A stretch of 64,000 nucleotides of DNA from Verrucomicrobiales bacterium. Lineage in GTDB: Bacteria; Verrucomicrobiota; Verrucomicrobiia; Limisphaerales; J093. Positions 60,001 to 64,000 of the stretch are shown piece by piece. The position numbers and the translations under genes are program-made. A model generated the notes under the pieces. That model did no database searches. It worked only from the letters and a program-made list of their open reading frames with translations, and was not told where the DNA came from. Where the stretch lies: positions 91,734 through 155,733 of the forward strand of contig JACKPW010000001.1 of NCBI GenBank assembly GCA_024233215.1. Reading direction: 5' to 3'. Position 1 is the stretch's first letter, and every line of letters starts with the position of its first letter.

Positions 60001-63000
60001 CCACGCTTCCTGGCGTGGGAGAGGTGGCGCTGAACTACACCGTGTCGGCACTCGACGCCACCATTCACGGTGGGTTGGTCCGACTCCGGATCAGCAGCAA
60101 CGAGGGCGCCGGGGGGGAAGTCCTCTTCGGTGTCACGGTCGAGGCCCTGCGTCCCAAGCTGGTCGCCCGGCCATCCTCGCTCCAGGCCGGCGTCCTGCGC
60201 GGCAAGTCCCGTGCACTCGAATTCTCCGTCTCCAATGAGGGCGGACGCGAAAGCGGCACTTTGAATGTTGCGCTACCTGACGTTCCCTGGATGTCGCTCG
60301 CCTCGGTCAATCCGATCCCTTCCCTGCAGCCGGGACAGTCCAATATCGTCACCCTGCAACTCACCCCGTCCGCGGACCTTCCGCTCGGCCTTTACACGGG
60401 AAACCTCGCCATCGCCAGTGACACCACCTTCCTGAGCGTGCCCTACAACTTCCGGGCACTCTCCGACGGGGTGGGCAACGCCCTGATCACGGTCGTGGAC
60501 GAATACACGTACTACGCCGAGGGCGCGCCGAAGGTGGAGGGAGCAACTGTCACTCTGCGTGATCCGTTCACCTACGCTGTCGCTGCCCAGGGCCAGACCG
60601 GTGCCGATGGGACGTTCCAGACCATCGATCTGATGGAGGGCTACTACAACCTGGAGGTGACGGCGCCCAAGCACACCACGACACGGTATTCCATCCTGAT
60701 CGAACCGGGGAACACGCTCGAGGAAACCGTGTTCATTTCGCGCCAGACGGTCACCTACACGTGGAAGGTCGAACCGGTCGAAGTCGAGGACCACTACAAG
60801 ATCGTCATCGAGACGGAGTTCGAGACCGTCGTGCCAACCCCGGTGATCACCGTGGAACCCTCCGTGATCGACCTGGCCAAGGTCACCACGGACATCACCC
60901 AGGTCAACATCACCATCACGAACCACGGCTTGATCGCCGCCGACGCGGCCCGGCTCAATGTGCCGACTCATCCCGACTGGCTGTTCGAACCGTTGATTGA
61001 GGAAATCGGCATCCTGCCTGCCCGCAGTTCGCTCTCAATCCCCATGACAATCCGGCGGGTGAAGGGTGCGGTCGGACTGGCCTCCCTGCCGCAACCCCGT
61101 GCACCCACCAGTGAACTCTCGGAGGGCGCCAGGCAACTGCTCAACCGGGCCTCCCTGAAGGCGGGACCCTGTCATACCTCGGCCACGGTGACCTGGGAGG
61201 TCAAGTGCGGGCCGTTCAACAACACCTATTCGACCACCATTTCCATTCCCAACGCCGGCAGCGGTTGCGGTGGAACGGGGCCGGTGGGCCCGGGCGGCGG
61301 GGTTTGGATCGGCTACGGCCCTGGTGGCGGTGGATGTTGCGGTGGCCCCGGCGGCGGTCCTTCCAGCGGCTATAGTGGCCCCTCGGTCAGCATCGCAATC
61401 CAGTGCGATCCGCTGTGCGTCGCCATCGCCCTCTGGGGCTGTATTCCCGGCGTGAACTGCGTGCCGGCGCTTGCGGGATGCGCCTACGGCTGGGCCTCCG
61501 GCGGGTTCAATGCGCTCACCTTCTTTGACTGTGCGATGGGCATTCTGGGTTGCACATTCCCGCCCGCTGCCCTGCCGACGTGTCTCTACGCCCTGGCCCG
61601 CTGCTTCATCGGCCCGGGCAGCAGTGCCCTGGCGCTGGCGGAGGTTGCCACCGTGCTGGGCGGCGATCCGCGGGCGGTTGCCACCTCGGGCGTGGGAGAC
61701 GCCCTGGAGGCATTCGAGCCCGGGGTCAGAGCGAACCTGGCCCTGGTGGAGACGCTCATCGGTGGCGACCTCGCCACCTGGGTCAACGAGGCCGGCCCCG
61801 ACACCGGGGAGTGGTTCCTCAAGGTCCGGGACGCGCTGGCTGAGGATTCCGATGGTGGCCGTGAGATCACCGCCGCCGAACTGGATGAAATCAATGCGGG
61901 CGTGCAGCCCCCGGGAGTGCCTGCCGCCGAGGTGCAGCGGGTCCTTGCGCGGCTGAACCGCACCGTCCAGAACTGGGCCTCCGGCGTCCTCACCCCCCAG
62001 GTGGCCCTGGCCAACGGGGACAGCGGGGACTTCGTGGACTACGACCTGATCCTGCCGCAAATGGAGGTCGTGCAGGAGGAGAACCGCAAGGCCCGCGATG
62101 CGGGTTACGAGACTTCGGTCACCGCCATGATGGACATTGTCCAGGAACTCAAGGATGGCGATTCCGGCACCTGCGCCAAGGTCAAGCTGCGGCTTGAGCA
62201 GGAGGCGGTCATCACGCGGGATGCCTTCCAGGCCACCCTGGAGATCAGCAACGACGACTCCACCACCCTCGAGAACATCAAGGTTGATGTGAAGGTGTAT
62301 GACACCGGAGGTCGGGACGTCTCGGATCTGTTCGGGGTGCGCGATCCGGAACTCACCGGGCTTACCGATGTGTCGGGTACCGGCCGGATCTCGGCCGGCG
62401 GTTCCGGGACGGCCAAATGGCTCATCATCCCCACCGTCGACGCGGCCCCGGAGACGCCGCTCGAGTTCTTCGTGGCCGGTGAGTTCAGCTACGTGCTGGA
62501 AGGCACCAAGATCACCGTGCCGCTCGAACCGGTCAGCATCACTGTCCTGCCCACCCCGCTGCTCTACCTGAAGTACTTCCACCAGCGGGACGTCTATAGC
62601 GACGATCCCTTCACGCCTCAGATCGAACCGAGCATTCCGTTCAACCTTGCCGTGATGGTGGAGAACCGCGGGTACGGACTCGCCAAGGACTTCCGCATCA
62701 CCTCCGCCCAGCCGGAGATTGTGGAGAACGAGAAGGGCCTGCTCATCGACTTCAAGATCATCGCCACCGAGGTCGCCGGGAAAAACATGGTCCCATCGCT
62801 CACCGCAGAGTTCGGCGACATCGATCCCGGCACCAGCGTGGTCGGTCGATGGCTGATGACATCGACCCTGCAGGGACTGTTCACCAGCTATGAGGCCAGC
62901 TTCGAACACGTGGACGGCCTCGGCAACCCGCGGCTCTCCCTCATTCAGGACCTCAGCATCCACGAGATGATCAAACTGGTTCAGGCGGGCGGCGAGTTCG

Positions 63001-64000
63001 AGGACGGTCTTCCGGACTTCTTCGTCAACGAGTTGCCCGACGCCCTCGATTTCGGGGACACCCTCTACCTTAGCAGCGGCGAGACCAACCGGGTCGAGCT
63101 CGTCGAGGTCGGCACCGTGGACAGTCCGCCCTCCGAGTCCGATCTCGTGGTGGAACTCTCCGCCGATATGCCCGGGGGATGGACGTACCTGCGCATTCCC
63201 GATCCGGCCAACGGACTGTTCCGGTTGGAGCGCGTCGAACGCTCCGATGGCACCGAAATTCCCGTCGACGTCAATGTCTGGGTCACCGACCGGACTTTCG
63301 TCGGGCTGGGCAAGAAACCGCGGCGGGAGAACATCCTGCACCTGCTGGACTACGACAGCACCGGCGCCTACACCCTGACCTATGTCCGGCCGCCGGAGCT
63401 GGATCTCGTGCCGCCGGTCAGTGCGGTGAACGCCCTGCCGTCCGACAGCCGGGTGCTGATCCCATTGACCTGGGGTGGCACCGACAACGCGGGCGGCAGT
63501 GGCATAGCCGCCTACGACATCTACGTTTCCGAGAACGGCGGCGCTTTCCGGCGCTGGCTCTGGAACACGCCGGGCACCGCGGGCAGTTTCCTCGGTCAAC
63601 CGGACTACACCTATGCGTTCTACAGCCGGGCCATGGACGCCGCCGGCAACCTCGAGGATGCGCCTTCGTCCGCCGACGCTCAAACCAAGGTCACCATCCT
63701 GAACAACCCGCCGGTCCTGGATCCGATTGCGGATCAGGTGATCATGGAGGGCGATCAACTGGTGCTTTACCTCAGCGGAGCGGACCTCGACGGGGACACC
63801 CTGACCTATGCGCTGGAGGGTACGCCGCCGCCTGGGATGACGGTCAACGGCCAGAACGGCGAACTGCGCTGGACCACCGGCGAAGGTTTGGGTGGTCAGG
63901 TCTACAACATCACGGTCAGCGTCCTGGACAGCGGCACCCCGCGCCTCGGGGTGACGCGCAGTTTCAAGGTCACGGTGCGCGACTTCAACAACGCGCCGAT
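54066..64000 (+). CDS. giant secreted adhesin-like protein (>3300 aa, 3' end beyond window): cohesin-like x3, Ig-like x3, LamG/ConA-like, CARDB-like, Calx-beta-like modules, Cys/Gly-rich segment
   Basis: ATG 54066 (overlapping ATGA with the upstream ORF stop) followed by a signal peptide (MKRTCCLRVATLGCVASILLLAQGRAAPA). Frame 0 contains no stop-terminated ORF in the track for the remaining 9.9 kb. Hand-checked stretches translate cleanly (e.g. RLILAFEQPQVREDQRARLT at ~58.26 kb; the cysteine-rich stretch at 61.26-61.62 kb). Confidence 0.75.
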   Translation, partial: MKRTCCLRVATLGCVASILLLAQGRAAPALGLPTVPAVDTQPVTVPVTLTAEGGENSLGWSVSFDPERLLYQQSLLGEGATGAILFLNGSAADVGQLGVLLSLPPGESFDAGEHTVLELRFLARGGAGNVPLVFTDTPVPRSTADVNGAGITTSYENGAVQIATLFAPTITQEPADQAVYAGANAVFRVAVASDAPESYQWRKNSVNLPGEQGAVLVVRGASAGDEGTYSVVVANGAGSVTSRGAALTVAPGLRGDLIGQWDFDGGDLVASVGRDLLYRGNTAEVTTYQTQDMAGAPAQTMGFPRAAQSQGYRLFQDAGGNGGGARLNQYTFIADVMFPAASDRQWRALLQTDPNNAQDAEFYVGTQNGLWMTGEGEHGNGSVTPGVWHRLAFVVNVNAGTVGKFVDGVLVHRHSISGTIDNAFSLGPESLLFTENNSETRAGFVNSVQIYRRVLTDNQIQELGQPVAEGLPKGELDQLRPTLLVQPAGQTVHDGEAVTLTAVARGTPPLTYSWTLDDTPVPGAASPRLQLPAVGESTVGAYRVTVANALGSITSAPATVALSDTERVLQVGTVEILQGRTVDLPVTLAALGGEAGGSWSVEYDPELLRFVQVLGVGGASVFANTSQVGEGRVGVLYSLPPGQALAAGTRTLANLRFVAIGEAVAAAVTVGAAPLPVDFVDNAGNARAITPAAGQVDILSVPRITSQPESTAGAAGGSVAFSVEVTGTEPMTYRWRFNGTNLSDGEGVSGATTPTLLLEDLQPEDAGLYSVSVQNRVGSAVSEGARLVIGRLLRVDSVRGFSAERVEVPLMLFALGGENSVGASVWLDVDRVELLEVVAGGDVPGATLLSNESEPGHVGIGVALPAGGSFAQGWHEIARLALRTEIPVEAVPLTLENSPVAIEVTDALAEPLPTEIMDGSLTTSVRPIDVEQLPDLLPLALTAPASSQMGQPILIQWRVRNEGRQPAVAPWREALYVAPTPDGADRKLIAQITASEDLPPDTEIQRSQTLVLPPAAAGVNYLIVEVDVQNSIAERIETNNRAPSAGTITLRAPDLVAANLAAPGSALQGATINVAWDVRNDGSAPTTADWLDRLVLVPALGTLVDGLELATLSPVTHPLPDGGQYHQSVSVPLPLSHSWPPGAYRLVAVTDYGNAQAELDEGNNQASQPFELTTPPLPDLTVNSVTAPATARPGVPFNLSWEVENRGNAPAAAPWVEAISFVHPSTGERSLALVNVTAGLAAGSKITRQASITLPDNCPTGDLFLAVQTDARDDLVEQNENNNRRESGSATTVSKVLTLRLPLTQIREDAAPPTFLATLARSGDRTSALTVNIANSDASELVAPTAVDIPAGRSETTFTLRVLGDGMVDGPQVVTLTASAPGHLDSQASLTVLDVDIPRLILAFEQPQVREDQRARLTVTREIVTAQPLTVVFETPTPNQIVAPGALVIPANQASAVTEVIPVEDVLLEATQSYEVRAMATGYQVGTASLSVVDNDIPTITVTLDRASISEGDGPQAANVTVTRNPTGPQDLEVELESSDITELETPARVVISANKTSASAPVAAVEDEVVDGDKTVVVRAFPLATTSRVRLGEGSSTQIRVQDNDGPALAVVVDRKLVAEGLTPATTARVTRNTPPDQALTVQLSSSDETEATVPPSVVIPQGLDSATFPINSVFDEEADGDQTVTVIASAAGFSSGEDTLVVSDRDLPDLVVGRVSAPEFVNTDTLFNITYSVVNQGLTTAGTNWLTRIYLSTDPVVGDDQLLRQYSFTGNLPVNQQFEQTIAAQSPIKAGNYWIVVVTDVAQQINEGLESNNARVSAVPMTVRPSYNVTVATDLEQALAGTPVEFHGMARNGLGNPTPSVLVNIHIKLRGTTRLISALTKADGSFSTIWTPLPTEAGFYEVGAAHPGVDVADVQDSFTLIGMRLDPTQRSFTVIEEGSSSGSIRVMNLSPIPITGLAVEVVEKPDNMTVETTLGSTTLPGVGEVALNYTVSALDATIHGGLVRLRISSNEGAGGEVLFGVTVEALRPKLVARPSSLQAGVLRGKSRALEFSVSNEGGRESGTLNVALPDVPWMSLASVNPIPSLQPGQSNIVTLQLTPSADLPLGLYTGNLAIASDTTFLSVPYNFRALSDGVGNALITVVDEYTYYAEGAPKVEGATVTLRDPFTYAVAAQGQTGADGTFQTIDLMEGYYNLEVTAPKHTTTRYSILIEPGNTLEETVFISRQTVTYTWKVEPVEVEDHYKIVIETEFETVVPTPVITVEPSVIDLAKVTTDITQVNITITNHGLIAADAARLNVPTHPDWLFEPLIEEIGILPARSSLSIPMTIRRVKGAVGLASLPQPRAPTSELSEGARQLLNRASLKAGPCHTSATVTWEVKCGPFNNTYSTTISIPNAGSGCGGTGPVGPGGGVWIGYGPGGGGCCGGPGGGPSSGYSGPSVSIAIQCDPLCVAIALWGCIPGVNCVPALAGCAYGWASGGFNALTFFDCAMGILGCTFPPAALPTCLYALARCFIGPGSSALALAEVATVLGGDPRAVATSGVGDALEAFEPGVRANLALVETLIGGDLATWVNEAGPDTGEWFLKVRDALAEDSDGGREITAAELDEINAGVQPPGVPAAEVQRVLARLNRTVQNWASGVLTPQVALANGDSGDFVDYDLILPQMEVVQEENRKARDAGYETSVTAMMDIVQELKDGDSGTCAKVKLRLEQEAVITRDAFQATLEISNDDSTTLENIKVDVKVYDTGGRDVSDLFGVRDPELTGLTDVSGTGRISAGGSGTAKWLIIPTVDAAPETPLEFFVAGEFSYVLEGTKITVPLEPVSITVLPTPLLYLKYFHQRDVYSDDPFTPQIEPSIPFNLAVMVENRGYGLAKDFRITSAQPEIVENEKGLLIDFKIIATEVAGKNMVPSLTAEFGDIDPGTSVVGRWLMTSTLQGLFTSYEASFEHVDGLGNPRLSLIQDLSIHEMIKLVQAGGEFEDGLPDFFVNELPDALDFGDTLYLSSGETNRVELVEVGTVDSPPSESDLVVELSADMPGGWTYLRIPDPANGLFRLERVERSDGTEIPVDVNVWVTDRTFVGLGKKPRRENILHLLDYDSTGAYTLTYVRPPELDLVPPVSAVNALPSDSRVLIPLTWGGTDNAGGSGIAAYDIYVSENGGAFRRWLWNTPGTAGSFLGQPDYTYAFYSRAMDAAGNLEDAPSSADAQTKVTILNNPPVLDPIADQVIMEGDQLVLYLSGADLDGDTLTYALEGTPPPGMTVNGQNGELRWTTGEGLGGQVYNITVSVLDSGTPRLGVTRSFKVTVRDFNNAP

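Noticed and set aside
57099-63758. Long minus-strand ORFs 57099..60068 (989 aa) and 61035..63758 (907 aa), plus 54084..55307 and 60273..60971
   Set aside because: Antisense to the continuous frame-0 giant + ORF. They are Arg/Gly/His-rich with no domain signatures. The + frame translates into clean modular domains.
1-64000. Mobile element, integrase/transposase, rRNA or tRNA genes
   Set aside because: No transposase- or integrase-like ORFs and no recognisable tRNA cloverleaf or rRNA stretches were seen in the intergenic regions. The palindromic elements lack coding capacity and target-site duplications I could verify.

Overview
High-GC (roughly 63-66% by eye) bacterial chromosomal window. It is gene-dense, mostly on the + strand, with very short intergenic gaps. 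I recognised no rRNA or tRNA genes, CRISPR array, transposase or integrase.

Content, from start to end:
- 1-5.6 kb (minus strand): a secreted-protein operon of an S1 sulfatase, a small secreted protein and a PD40/TolB-like beta-propeller protein.
- 5.8-13.5 kb: an esterase, a second sulfatase, a GNAT-like acyltransferase, housekeeping aroB plus an M16 peptidase, and a DUF481 outer-membrane barrel.
- 13.6-26 kb: a sulfated-fucan (fucoidan-type) utilisation and L-fucose catabolism locus. It holds an AraC regulator, an aldo-keto reductase, a Zn-alcohol dehydrogenase, FucU/RbsD mutarotase, a beta-propeller glycoside hydrolase, GH29 alpha-L-fucosidase, two sulfatases and a GH43-like hydrolase.
- 26-30.6 kb: a TAT-exported Gfo/Idh/MocA (GH109-like) oxidoreductase, a VapBC/FitAB-type toxin-antitoxin pair, and a zincin(HExxH)-sialidase(GH33/BNR) fusion.
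- 30.9-40.4 kb (most unusual): a tight operon of a flotillin-like SPFH membrane protein, a small lipoprotein and a 1848-aa protein carrying a MoxR/AAA_5-type ATPase core. A proline-tailed hypothetical follows.
- 40.7-48.2 kb: a split spermidine-synthase-like membrane protein, a CxAxR-motif sulfatase, two esterases and an M3 oligoendopeptidase.
- 48.4 kb to the window end: two giant secreted modular surface proteins. The second exceeds 3300 aa, is truncated by the window end, and carries cohesin-like, Ig-like, LamG, CARDB-like and Calx-beta-like modules plus an odd Cys/Gly-rich hydrophobic segment.

Five copies of a ~155-200 bp intergenic palindromic element are scattered through the window; its arms are tandem CACGAA-containing 9-11-mers. 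Many long ORFs in the six-frame track are antisense shadows of real genes, caused by high GC, and were rejected.

The gene content (many S1 sulfatases, GH29, giant adhesin-like proteins) fits a Verrucomicrobiota/Planctomycetota/Kiritimatiellota-type polysaccharide degrader. That is inference only.
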